A DNA stretch of 64,000 nt from Isurus oxyrinchus (Eukaryota): assembly GCA_026770705.1 (NCBI GenBank), contig JANJGN010000033.1, forward strand, positions 15,004,001 to 15,068,000. The letters run 5' to 3'. Position numbers and translations under genes: made by a program. Positions 50,359-62,924 of the stretch are shown one piece after another (positions within the stretch are counted from its first letter, which is position 1; every line of letters starts with the position of its first letter). The notes below the pieces were generated by a model. It did not search any database, had not been told where the DNA came from, and saw only the letters and a list, made by a program, of their open reading frames with translations.

Positions 50359-52249
50359 CTATAAGCAATGGGGAAATAGGGAACATTTTAAACATGTCAG
50401 ATGATCACATACATTTGATTTGTTAACACTGAAATTATGTAACAGAGTGCAGAATGTGTATATTAATATTTTTCACAATAAACTGATAAGTGACATAAAG
50501 TATGCAGCTTGACTTTGTACGAACAATTGAATCGAGTTATTTTATTAGTAAAACTGCGCTCTCTAGGCATGGATTTTAGTCAGAGTAATCATCAAAGAGC
50601 CAGCAGATAATGTTTTCAACGAGATCAAAGGAAACATGGTGAAAGCAAGAACGCTAATCATAACCAATTTGGAGAAAAATTTATAAATGGACAGGATTTG
50701 ACCATTTAAAACCTTGGGAATTTGCCAACCCTCAAGTAGACCATGACTGATTTGTAACTTAACTCAAATTACCTGCTTGCACCTGCAATCCTGGACAGGC
50801 ATGCCTATAAAATACCTTTTTAAAAAAAAACGTCAATCCAGCTCGTCGCTAAAGGTTTTGGGAGGAAGAGAGGACCAAAATTCTTGATTGAATAAACGCT
50901 TTCAGAAACCACTGGCTCTAGTATCTAAGGCAGTACAGTCATTTTGTGGACACTTTTGAGAAAGGAAATAACATCATATCAAATCATTTGATATCAAGCA
51001 ACTGATCAGCCTTTCATCTTCCATGTTCATGGGCAATTAACCTTTCCCCGTGCAATCTGCCTTAATAGCTTAATTATTTCAACCACAGTAACTTACTGGT
51101 AATTCTGAGATGCATTTTTATCAAAATCAATGTCGCTACCTGAGGAACTGTCATAAATTGCATGGAGTTCAATTAACACTCGGTATACTTGTAACTTCCC
51201 TTGCACGCATTTATAGTCCAGCCAGGTTGGCCATTAACAAGCCCAGCAGCGGGCGAACGTGGAGGTCGCCCGACCCGAATGTCTGCCTTCTTCAGCCGCT
51301 ATGTTCGTGGCCGGGTGTCCCTAGAGGGGAAGCACGAGGCGTCTGCCGGTAAGGTCGAGGCCTTCCGTACTCGGCGGGCACCGCGGGGTCTGGGATGTTT
51401 TATTAATCTTCTTAACTGGTTTAAGGTTTGTAAGTTTCCTTTATATTTTCCCTTTGTGTTAGTTAGCCCTTCACGTACTGCTTTTTAATTTGTCCGAATT
51501 TTGTTAATTTAGTTGATTTGGTTGACTTAAAAGAGTTACAGCGCCGAGAGGTGCTCATTTAGTTCATTTGTTTTGACTCATGACGTGTAGCAGCGCTTTT
51601 AGGGAGCGGGTTTCAGGGTTTCGACCCATTTGTTTAATCTTGTACCCTATTTTCTGCATTCTCTGTCTTTTGCTCGTTTCTGTGTCTCCCAATCCTGCAG
51701 TTTACTGACATTCTTTGAAACATTAGAAGCCCCTTCTACAAAGTTAATATACAACACTTCGCCAGTCATCAACTATAGTTTTTTCTCGCTGAGCCTTTTT
51801 TTTTAATGCATTTTTCCTAATTCATTTTGAATAGTCTCGTTAACAGTTTCCCACTGAGTATGCTGTAGAGAGCTGTGTTCAACGGAAAAATCATATCGTT
51901 TCCATGCCACCTCAATTTCACTTGCAGCTTTCCAAGGCGGAAACAAACCAAACTAAGTCGTGAGCCCTGTTGGGTCGAACGAACTGTTTGTGTGCTGTAT
52001 ATTCAATGGCAACTTGCTGCAGAAGAACTTTATAGAATTTCCTGATACACTGGGAAATGCAAAAAGCGAACCTGGCCTTTCCTGGTGATTTCGGAGAAAC
52101 AAAGTGTGCTGCAAACTTCTGTTTACAGATAATAACTATTGCCAAATAAATGAACAAATTTCTGTAAACAAAGTGAGTTACTCTGAAATAAAAATGCGGA
52201 TGATACCGAGATCTAGGTAGTGCTATTCTGATGTAGTGATTGGGATGTG

Positions 52250-53860
52250 CCATGCCATGGGCGTGAGCTTAAGTTGGTACCGGGCGTGTGATTTTCCTGA
52301 GCCCACCAGTGTAATGTACCCGAACAAGGATTGCCGTGTTGGGGGACATTGGAATTTGCTGCACTGAACGAGGGAGTGTGCATAACGTGGAGCTAGTTAT
52401 GTCTTTTACCATAACCAGAGAACAAGGAAATTGCTGTGCCGGGGAAGGCGGAGCGTAGAACTGGTTACTCGTGAATTTTCGGTGGGCAACTGAATGGCTC
52501 TTGTGCCGGGACTTGTGGATTTACTGTTCTGGTACCCCTGACTGTGATTCATGCTGTATTGTGCCCGGATATTGATAATATTGCGCCTGCAATGTATCGA
52601 GAAATGACAATAGGTTATATTGTGATGTAGGAATGCTATTTACTGGATCCTGCGAGTGTGCTGAACCTCGGTGGCTAGCCAAGCTGAGACCCGCATGTGG
52701 TCCTGACACGGGGGAATGTGAAGTTCCGGACTCAATGGGGAGTAGCACCGGCAAACAGAGGAGTGCGAAATACTGGAAATGCTGATTGTCCTGCACTGGA
52801 AATCAGAGATTTAGTACCCGGAGAGGGATTGTGTTGTACAGGACTTGAAATTGCAGGGAATTGAAACTCTTAGCTTTGCAGAAATATTCGGTCCTTCCAT
52901 TCCAGAGGAGGCTGAGGAGAAATTTCATAGGGATGTAAAAAATTCCCAAAGACCTAAATTAAGTAGCTGGAAAGGGCTCACTCCCCTTAGCAAAAGGGTC
53001 AGTAACAAAGAGGCATAGATTTAAAGTGATTGGCAAAACTGTTTGTAGGGAGTTGAGTGTTTTCTTTTTTCACTCCGCTTGTGGTGGGGATCTGGAACTG
53101 ATTGCCTGAAGGGGAGAGGTGGGAAGAAAGCCCTCGCTGTATTTTTCTTTCATTTAAATCAACACTTCGATGTGGACTTCAAGTGCCATGAGCTTCAACG
53201 TTAGGATCAAAGGCAAGGAGAGGGGATTCAGCGTGAGTGCCTCAGGCGTCACGGCCTGAATACATCGTTCTGTGACGTAAATGTTCTATATTTCTTCGAA
53301 CCTTTGTTTCTGCGCTGCACCGGGCCTCCGGCATTGTCTGGTTACTGTGTTATATTGACACGTGACATTGTGTTGTACGTGGACTGGAGAGTGAAGTTCT
53401 GTTACGGCGAGTGCGCTGCGACAGAATCCTCCAATGTGCTGTCCCAGGACGGTGGAGTGTTGTGTACTTGGGCCCTGGAGCATTCTGCGATGGACCTGGG
53501 AATGTACGGTGCAGGGATCTGTGCTTGGGTTGTTCTGGGACTGAGAAGGGCGCTATACCAAGACCTGGATCGTGATGTAATTGGACCCGCGAGCCCAATG
53601 CACCTGGACAGCAGCTTGTGAAACAGCAGCTCCTGGATATTTCCTCTAGCACGCACGTGATTGTTCGGCAGGGGGACCTCGGATCTGAGCTGCACCTTCA
53701 CCAGGGGCTTGGAAATCTGTTCTCTGGGGCCTGGAATTATGCTGTTACGGGTCTCAGAGTGTCGAAACCACATTTCCTTCAGACCTACTTCAGATCTCTC
53801 GGTGCCCACTGGCAATCTATCTAATGTTGATAGATTCTGGCCTCCCGTCGGGAAGTGCAT
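52250..53860. repeat. Degenerate ~21-22-nt tandem array in two blocks (52250-52870 and 53300-53860) split by a CR1 tail fragment
   Basis: Units such as 'gtgctgtcccaggacggtgga', 'attctgcgatggacctggga' and 'gcgctataccaagacctgga'. Confidence 0.55.
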
Positions 53861-54499
53861 TGTTTAGGCAATCGCGTTATTGAATAACAGGTAACGTAAA
53901 CAATTCACCGAGTGCGCTGTCATGTTTCCAGTGTAACTAATTCAACGTTTAACCCTCACCTTTTACAGCATTAAAGAACACGCTGAGCCAACAAAGAGTC
54001 GGTGATTGTAAATCAGTGCCGAAACACTGATTTCTTTTCTACCTTTGGCATTACAGATACAATATCGTTTTGCGGATTTTCTGCATACTTGATCTTCCTT
54101 TTCTGAGGAGTGTTTTTTTTTCATTCAAAAACCTCTTATTTTAAACAACAGCAGAGATCAGAGAAACTTTACAACACTGAGGTTATGAGAATCCCGCGCT
54201 GCCCGGATATTTTCCAGTATTGGCCTTGCGTGTGTGCGAAATGATGACCAGGAATCATTTCTAAAACACGCTGGACTGCGAGTTCAACACGGCATTTTCG
54301 AAAGCAGGTAACCGCTCTCCGGAAAATTTCTGCTCGGGAGACGTCTATTTATATCACCTGTCAACGTCCTGCGCAGCCTCCGGAAAACGCCAACGTTATT
54401 GAAAGAGTAACTAACTTATGTGTACAGTTGTGAAATATTTGGATAATGTAAACAATTAAAGAACGCCACCGGTGAATTCTGCAGGACAGGGCGCAGAGC

Positions 54500-56100
54500 T
54501 TCGATTGTCACAGAATGTGGCCAATTTAACTATTGCCACTCCCCCGCTCTTCCTTTCCAGCTATGCAAATATTTTCCTCTCAAGCAGGTAACCAATTCAT
54601 TTGAATCTTTCTATTGATTTAGCTTCCATCGCCTTTTTAAGCCGTACACGGCAAGTCACAACAACTCTATATGTTAAAGAAGGATTTTAGCTCGTCTTTG
54701 ATTCCTTTACCGGTGATCCTAAATCTGTTTGCTTCGGTTGCCAAATCATCTGCCTCCGTCAACAGTTTCTCCCTATTTAGGGCATCAAAGCCGTTCATAG
54801 TTTCGAACGCTGCTATCAAATCTTCTCTTGATCTTCCCAGCTCTGAGTTATACAATGCAGGACACTCAAGTGTCTCCACGTAACTGAGTTCCATCATCCC
54901 TGTTACAGTTGTTTGTCAATCATTTCTGAACCCAACCAGTGGCCTTAACAACCTTTTCGAAGTGTGGTGCCAGGAATTCACCAAAATTCTCCAGATGAAG
55001 CTCAATACGCGATTTATAAACGGATAGCATAAATTATCGGCTGTTGCAATTGATAAAGCCAGAAAGCCCATATGCATTAACAGATTCCCAACTTGTCCCG
55101 TTTATATATTTATGCAATACACCGCCACGTATCCGTGTTCACTTAGCCGCTTTTCAATTGTAGCATTTATTTCAGAATGACAACATTCATTCTTCTGACG
55201 AAAATGTACTGATTAGTTTCATTGAACTTCACGCACCACGTGGCAGCCCAATTTGCCACTGCCTGTGACGGCTTGAAATATTTTACTCTCATTCTCATTT
55301 GTTGTTGCATTTTGCAGTGTTCCATCCTCTGCAAACACTGAAATAATGTTTCCTATGCATCATATAATCCCACGAAGCTATCTAGGGAGCCTCTGGGCCT
55401 AATACAGAATCGCTGCCATCTTCCATCCAGTCTGAAACTCAAACGGTCGCCATTCTTCGCTGCTCTGCAATTTGCAGCCCATTTCGCAGTCATGTTGCTC
55501 CAATGCAGTTAATGCCATTGCCTCTAAGTTATATAAGAAATCCATCATGTGGCAATTTGTCAATCGCCTTTTGGAAGACAACTTCAAATCCATAACTTGC
55601 TCTAACCGCTATTCGGTTCAAAAAGAAATCTCGACCAAGTTAGTCAACAGCGTTTTACCCTTAACAGATCTGGGCCAATTTTTATTTATTAGCACATAAT
55701 TTACAAAAGCCAATGACTTTTTAAAAAAATATTATTCCTTTGGATGGCTTAATGGATTATCCTTTCCGAAAGTTCACCTAACTGCGAAGTAAGGCTGATC
55801 GATCTGTAGTTGTCGTGTGTATTTTCTCGGATATTTCTTGGACAGACATACAACATTAAGAATATTCCGGACTTACTGCACCATCCCTAGACGAAGGTTT
55901 GTGGCAGACATTCCCCATTTCTCAGTCGTAATTCACTCAGTAACCTATAATGCACTAGAATCGAATCAGCTAGTTTATCGAAATTGAGGACTCGATGGCT
56001 TTCAAGTATCTCACCTTACACTCACCAATGTTTCCGCTCTTCCTTTGACTACTATTTTTATTAGCTGGTGTTCGTCAGACATTTTTGATTCTCTTTATGT
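54500..56100 (-). mobile_element. Decayed CR1 LINE just downstream of the intact GPCR
   Basis: MMELSYVETLECPALYNSELGRSREDLIAAFETMNGFD..NRFRITGK (54667-54897). DLKLSSKRRLTNCHM (DFxKAFDKVPH-like). Confidence 0.75.
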
Positions 56101-56201
56101 TAGGCACTAATCTAATATCATCCTCTCTTGGCGCCCCTAATTTGCCTTTGTAGATTGTGTCGGTCATTCTACATCTTAATGTTCGAATGCCCGAGGAATT
56201 C

Positions 56202-57097
56202 TCAGTGAATTAATGCGATCATCCTTGCAAAGGGATACTTCACTCCGTTCATCAACTCATCTCTGAATTTGCTCTGAGTAACTGCATAGATAAACGTGTT
56301 GGTGCAACAACTCAGGAGCTGGAGCATGAAGCCAATTTCAGATACAAAGGTGGGAAGAGGTACTGGAATGCCCAAATAATCCAAGCGTTTCAATATATAA
56401 TAAATCATGAACACTACCCATAAAACCATGAAATTTCCCGATATAACAAATAGTAAAATCATGGACTTCCTTCGGTTAGCCATCTCTGGGTCAGCTGGAC
56501 TGTCCCCATTGTTCCGAAGCTGGAGTCTCCTGCGGGCCTTGTTGGCCACTAAAATGCTCCTGACTGTCAGGGCATTTAGCAGTAGAATCAAAATAAATGG
56601 AATAAACGGCGTTACAATATAATGCATAAATTCAAAGGTGGCCCAGACCAGCGAGCGAGTTACCCCTATTATCACAAGGCAAAACCACGGGCTGTTAGTA
56701 AGCCAATACCTGCTCGTATATAGAAAGAACCAGGGAATGTTTTTCAAAATGCTGACCCCAGTCACTGTTCCCAGCACAATAGTGGCTGTTTTGTCAGTGC
56801 AATACCTAGTTCTTAGCTTCGGGGAACAAATAGCTATAAATCGATCAAATGTAAAAGTGACAGTAAACCATACGGAACAGTCTGTGGCAGCATAAAGCAG
56901 AACAGCATGAATATTGCACAAAGGAATTGAGCGCACAAATCCAGATTGTTCACGATAGGTAATAGGAATTTGCCTTAGTATCAGATCGAAGATAATGACC
57001 ATTAGATCTGCCGCTGCCATGGCTACCAGGTAGCGAGTGACACATTTGGAGAGACCACACTTTCCACGAGACAGGACTGCAATTGTCACCACATTTA
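56202..57097 (-). CDS. GPR139-like class A GPCR, exon 2 (intact)
   Basis: Acceptor 'attgctcttgcag|TA AAT GTG' (phase 1). Open frame with LVAMAAADL, CNIH..FDRFIAIC, PWFC (ECL2), PFILILLLN, VLWVV and LLSCCTNTFIY. Joins exon 1 to give 330 aa. Confidence 0.93.
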
Positions 57098-57379
57098 CTG
57101 CAAGAGCAATTGAGAAAATTATTCAACAAACAACCTGGAATAAGAAATGGTTTGACTGATTGCTAGTAAAATAATGCAGTAGTTTACACAATATGAGCAC
57201 TAATCTCCCTCATGATAAACACGCAATTCATATGCAGCATGCAGATTATCTTTGCATCCATTGATGAAATCTAAATGCTTTACCTGCGATATGGCAACAT
57301 ACAGATACGGGTTGTATTCAAAGTAATCAGAAATGGATCAGAAATAATTGATCAAAGCACATCAAAATAAACTTGCTAG

Positions 57380-59425
57380 GTTTCATGACGGATTTTGAGA
57401 ATGGCATTTGACAAAGTGCAATACAATACGCCTATTATCAAAATTAAGCCCCATGGGTTAAAATTAACAATTGCAGAATATGTACTAAATTGGATAAAGG
57501 ATAGAAAGCAGAGTCTGGCAGTTTTTTTTTGGACTGTATCGAGGTATTTTCCAGTAGTCTATTAAGACCGCTTTTCCTTTTATATAGCTTAATTTCTTGG
57601 ATTTGAGGATGCAGGACACAATCTAAAATCCTGCAGATGACACGAAAAATGGAAGAGTAGTAAAGAGAAGACTATAATTTACTTTCAAGTGGACATAGAG
57701 AGGAAGGTGGATTGGGCGGACATGTGGAAGATAACTTTCAGCACAGATATTCTTGAAGTGACACATTTTGATAATAATAAAAGTACGAGGAAAGAATCTA
57801 AAAGGTGCAATTTTAAAATGGATGCAAGAGCAAAAGACCTTGGCGGTGTCTGTGCATAGATTTTTGAAGTGGACAGCAGGTTAACAAAAACAGTACAAAT
57901 AAACCCATGAAATCGTAAGCTTTATAAATAAAGGCATAGGATATAAAAGACAGGAAGTTGTGCTGAAGCTCTAGAAAATGTTTGTATTTCAAAATTCAAG
58001 ATTCAGCAAGAGTTCATATGTTCAGTTCCAGTCACCAGAATTTTGAAAGGATGGGAAGGCTTTGGAAAAGTTTCAGAAAAGATTTACTCGAACAGTTCTG
58101 AGGAGTAATCTTTGCATCCAGATGGATAGACTGAAGAAGCTAATGTTGTTCTATGTGGAGCAGGGAAGGCTTTCGTGGAGATGTTTAAAATAATTAATGA
58201 GTTTAAATATACTAAGCAACAGCATTTCTTAATAGTTGAATACAACCAGGAAATGCATCTCGAAAGTGAGTGGCAGTAGGAGCAGACAGATATGAGGGAA
58301 ATTAATGCATGGCTGTAATTTGGGTTGTAATGTGTTTTATTGTGTTGATAATGATTCAATCGTAACCTCGAAAGTGGATTATATAGATATCTTTATCAGA
58401 ACATTAGTGCATGGTGTGATGAAAGAATAATAATTTTCATAATATTTTCTGGTTTGCTGTGAAGTATACTTGTGGGGGTAACTATAGTTGGGAGTCAATT
58501 AGCAAGCTTTAAATCATGCAAATAATCTCGACCCTTTACATGCTATTGAGTAAACATTGGTGTTGGCTTAACATACAAGGTGTGAAGGGAATTTACATTT
58601 TTAGATAAATGAAGGTATTTTGAGATTTGAAATGGATCTTAGACGATTTACCACTAGCCAGATAAGCCAGATGTGTGTTTATTTCTCCCAAAGTTTAATC
58701 ACAGTATTGGCAATGTGATTTATTTTTATAATATGAGGAAGATACAGTTTTGAAGACATATGGAGCAGTAGAATTTACATATTGAAAAAGAGAGAAATGT
58801 ATATAAAGGAGAATGAAAGGTTGCATGGGGCAGAGCCATTTGAGATCTAAGAGGGGTGTATGAAATAGACTTAATGTAGCCTCCAGCCAAAACTGAACAA
58901 AACTCCAGCCAAAACAAAACTGAAGTTGTGGAAAAACCATTTGAAATTTCACTGTAAATTGTCTATTGTGTTAATGTGCTGGTTCTGTTTTAAATCTAAA
59001 ATCTATTTTGGGCCTTTGCCTTAAAGGGGGCATAATTGGGGGTCAGGTTAATGAGAATTTCTTCGGCGTTATTATAGCAATAGGCAGTAGTTGTGGTTGT
59101 ATCTATATCAATATAGCTATAGGTTGAAATATTTTATTTTGTTAATAAATATTTGAATTTAATTTTTCAAATTTCTTAAGTTCTTGGTGGACTTATTGCT
59201 TTAAATTCAGTGCACACATCTTCTTGTAATAAATACAAATTGCAAAACCATTGTGATAGCGCGGCTGAGTTCCCCATGTGGATTTGGTCCACCTGCCACA
59301 CATCATCTGCAATGTCATAACAATGGGTATGGTGGAACAGTGGTGAAATGGGAGAAATGGATTGTTCTCCGAAATAGTTCGCTCGATGGGCCTACTTCTC
59401 TGCTACTATTATATGATTCCATGAC
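57380..59425 (+). mobile_element. Decayed intronic CR1 LINE, tail interrupted by a solo LTR
   Basis: DFE.AFDKV (~57390-57420), ADDTK ('gcagatgacacgaaa' ~57633) and LQVDIERKVDWADMWKITF. The tail resumes at 59327. Confidence 0.82.
58415..59322 (+). mobile_element. Solo LTR (908 bp, Gypsy-like) with a 4-bp TSD
   Basis: ATGG|TGTGATGA ... TCATAACA|ATGG. TG..CA termini with a 7/8 inverted match. AATAAA near 59143 and 59228. Confidence 0.85.
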
Positions 59426-60788
59426 TTTATTTCTAACACTCTTATGGTGAATACACATCACCGTGGAGTCGTCTGGTTGTAAATGCTAGTGAGTACATTT
59501 TTTGCACCCCACCCCATCCCTAACAGAAGAGATAGTTCCTCTATCTACCCAACAAAATCCTTCTATCAATTTTTGTACGTCAGACGGATGTTCAACGACA
59601 TTTGAATATTCAGAGAATACAACTTTTATCTATTCAACTGGTTCATGAACGTTTAACATTTAACCCCGGTGTCCTTGGGTTGAACTTGCATTCGAGTCTC
59701 TCCAACGTTAATATGTGTTTGCTGTTGCACGGTACCAAAGCTGAATGCTTTACTCAAACTGGGTGTAAGCTGAACTCGGCACTGTTAAGAAATTTCAACC
59801 CCTTTGTATTACAACCCTTATAAGATAAAGGCCATTATTAACATTTGTTTTTATAGAAAATACTTACATTTCACCCTTTAATAGAAAGTACAATTCTGAG
59901 CTTTGCGTATTGAATAGTGTGAGCTTGCTCTTTGAGGGATAGCATTAATCTACTTTTCTTGGTTGGGGTGGTGAAGATAAAGAACTCGGATTGTTTGGAA
60001 AAGGAGAGCAAATCATATTCTCTAAATGGTATAGTTAACCATACGCACTGTCCTTCATGCATTCATTGCATTGAGTGCATTGAATGCACACTTGTTCCAT
60101 GCAAAGACAGAAATCAGTCTTTCCCATCCAATGGTTTTAAAGTAATTGTTCTATTTCCCTGCTACTAGTCCGGATTGTTAAACATTGAATCCCTGTTCAT
60201 TTTGAATATTCGAATTCTTGTAATGCCTGATCAACCATTCCACGGCTGTCAGTGGTCCATCAATGGATAAGCCCAGTTACATAAATCTTAGGGTCAATGC
60301 TCGGTAATGGAATATTGACAGATACATAGAAATTAACTATTAGAAATATGGTAACCAAACTACCTGAACAATGATAATCAGTAAATCAAACGACATTAGC
60401 CTTGTGCAACTGTTCAGGGACAGTGTCTCTGACAAAGAACAGGAACCAGTAGGGAGGAAGACATCTGAGCAGTATGAATCAACCGTGCCTTTCTCATTAA
60501 TTTGTTCTCGATTTGTTTGTACAAATGAATAGTTAACTCGACTAAATTGAATATTATGTTGCCTCACAAATATGTTCGCATCTGACACTCGGGCTAGATA
60601 CTTGTAACATGGTTGGTGCTATTGTCAGAAAGAGATAATAATTTAGATCCTAACAATATTTTCCGAAATTGAACAAATGATGAGCATTAACGACATACTG
60701 ATCATTCAGCTCAGACCAACGGATGTCCATTCATGTCAAACATTTTAAGAAGCGGTTCCTGAATGACCAGCACCAGATCGTAACTTAC

Positions 60789-60885
60789 CGGGAACCCCGA
60801 CTGCAGCCAACACAGGATAGTAAATCTTCTGTGTATCTTCAATCGCCCATAGAATCTGAAGTTTGATCAGGAAACTGAGAGCCAT
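60789..60885 (-). CDS. GPR139-like GPCR, coding exon 1
   Basis: ATG at 60885 gives MALSFLIKLQILWAIEDTQKIYYPVLAAVGVP plus one G, then the donor GTAAGT. 97 nt is phase 1, matching the exon 2 acceptor. YYP..GVP|VN completes TM1. Confidence 0.9.
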
Positions 60886-60924
60886 TATTTCCCTTTAGAT
60901 CTGAATCAAGGGTTCGATGATTGC

Positions 60925-61000
60925 TATATATTTTGGCAGCAAATTTCTGAACATCACATTCAGGGAATCCGTCTTACTTATTGGACAGCCAATTTATAAG
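60925..61000 (-). promoter_or_regulatory. Candidate core promoter of the intact GPCR
   Basis: TATAAA on the minus strand at 60993-60998 and TATATA at 60925-60930, about 110 and 40 nt upstream of the ATG. Motif evidence only. Confidence 0.25.
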
Positions 61001-62319
61001 GCCACGAAATCTTGTCCCTTGCTGACTGGGCTTACTTACAGTCAATGAACAAACAAATGAAGTCAATAACTTTGAATCCAAGAACAGTCGAATTCCCAAA
61101 GCAGATAATGCACGAAGGCAAAGCCCATAATATTGACAAGAATTTCATAACCTGTCCTTTAATAAAAGATAAGGAGCCAGTTGGTTGTTCTGGTGTAATT
61201 TAACCTAAAGGGTCAAGTTTGCTTTTGTACTAACTTTTGAAATTGATCAGCTGTAGTTGCATTCTGGCCAGTTTTTCCGCCTTTTCACATCGTTATATTC
61301 TTTTAAACACACTTGTCATCCTGAACCTGGTGCTTTTGTCTCTTAGCCTATGATGAGCCAGATTTTTAACCAACATGTCTGAACACATCCTCTCCATTTT
61401 GCACAGCAAGGAGAATTAACTGCAAGTATGGTACACGTCACGAAAATATATCTTGTATATTCCGGACAGCAGTCACTCACTTATCTGTGTACATCTCAAT
61501 AAGTTGCAGAAGGAAATTCACTTTTTAAGGCTAAAAATGCCCATTCATCCACCTCCATCTTATTAGTCAGAATTTTTTCATATATAGATGCAAGTATTGA
61601 ACTAGCATATGAGTAAATAATTGTGTTTTTAGAGTTACTGGATCATGAAACGGGTTATACCTAAATTTCCAGTTTGAATCGTATGTTCAGTAAAGACGCA
61701 TCTAAATATTTGATCGCGTACTTTGCAACCTTGTTAAGTAACTGATTTGTTGTTGCAACTGATATCTAGAACTCATCTTGTTAAAGTAAGGCACCCTGAA
61801 CACAAATGTGAACACGCCTTATAGGGCTTGCTGTCATTAAAGAAATGAATTAACTTCACCCATAACTCATATTTTCCTGAACCAATCCTTTACAGGATAA
61901 GGGTCAACAACTTGTACAGAGCAAAGTTGGTCATGCATCTTATTCAAATAAGAGGTGTTTATTCGTACAATATAAATCTATTTATTGAATATGGGAATGG
62001 ATTCGTCCCTCAAGTAATATTGAAAACGCTGAACTGAAAATTAAAACAGAAGATTCTGATAACATTACAGCTAACCAAGAAAATCGTAAAGGAAATAAGA
62101 AGTGGATTGGAGAGTTGAAAAGGGAAAATTGAACGAGAAAGGGTATTAAAAGTGAACTGAATTTATACATACATTTCGAACAAGCATCAAAATTAACATT
62201 TTTATAAGTAAGGGTCTTTTTTTGGGTTAGCATGCCCGATATAACAATTTTCTCACCAATCATTCTTCTGGTTGCCACGTTAAATTGTATAGCACAGCAG
62301 ATGAAAACGCTATCTGACA

Positions 62320-62430
62320 TATTTACGTCGGAGGGCGGGGTCGAGAAGGGGTCTGAATCGTAAAAGGCGGCGAGCCATTCAAAAGCCTTGGCGGGAGTAT
62401 AAAATCCCGGCGGCGTAAAATTCCCCTGCG
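62320..62430. mobile_element. Short CpG-rich MITE-like fragment
   Basis: 'atttacgtcgg' at the left versus 'cggcgtaaaat' at the right form imperfect inverted ends. Confidence 0.35.
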
Positions 62431-62924
62431 CTAAAACACCGCCTTTAGTCTGTGCTTATTCCATTGGAAGTTTACCTGTGACAGTGAGTTCGAGATTTGC
62501 CATTTAACTGCCCATTCAGCAAGTTGCGTAATATATCATGTAGTATTCTTCCATAATGATTTTGTTTAATCCCAGTTGTTGTATCAGCTGCAAATTCCTG
62601 TATTTGCTTACATAGCCCGAAATACAAGTACTTAATTCACCTTATGATTAGCAGTTGCCCAGAAAGGGATAACTAACCGTTTTCTACGGTTCTCCAATCT
62701 GAATAGTTACCGCTTAAACCTCCTATCTGTTTTCTCTTTAACTAATTTGGCGCATATTCATCTATTAGTCCACGGGTGCAACATGCAATGAGCTGACTGT
62801 CTAGCGCCTTATCGCACGCAGGGAGGATATTTAGTCCGGTGAATCTGTGCTTTCTCTGTTGAAGTGCAATCCCTGTTGTTTTTGCCCTTTATATAGTCAC
62901 TCAACTTCCTTCTGAAGGTTATCA

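Noticed and set aside
60055-60090. Small hairpin gcattcattgca..tgcattgaatgc in the intron
   Set aside because: A short imperfect 9-mer repeat within decayed repeat sequence, expected by chance.
61982-62320. 112-aa hydrophobic ORF upstream of exon 1
   Set aside because: The hydrophobicity comes from T-rich composition. It has no GPCR motifs and no splice support.
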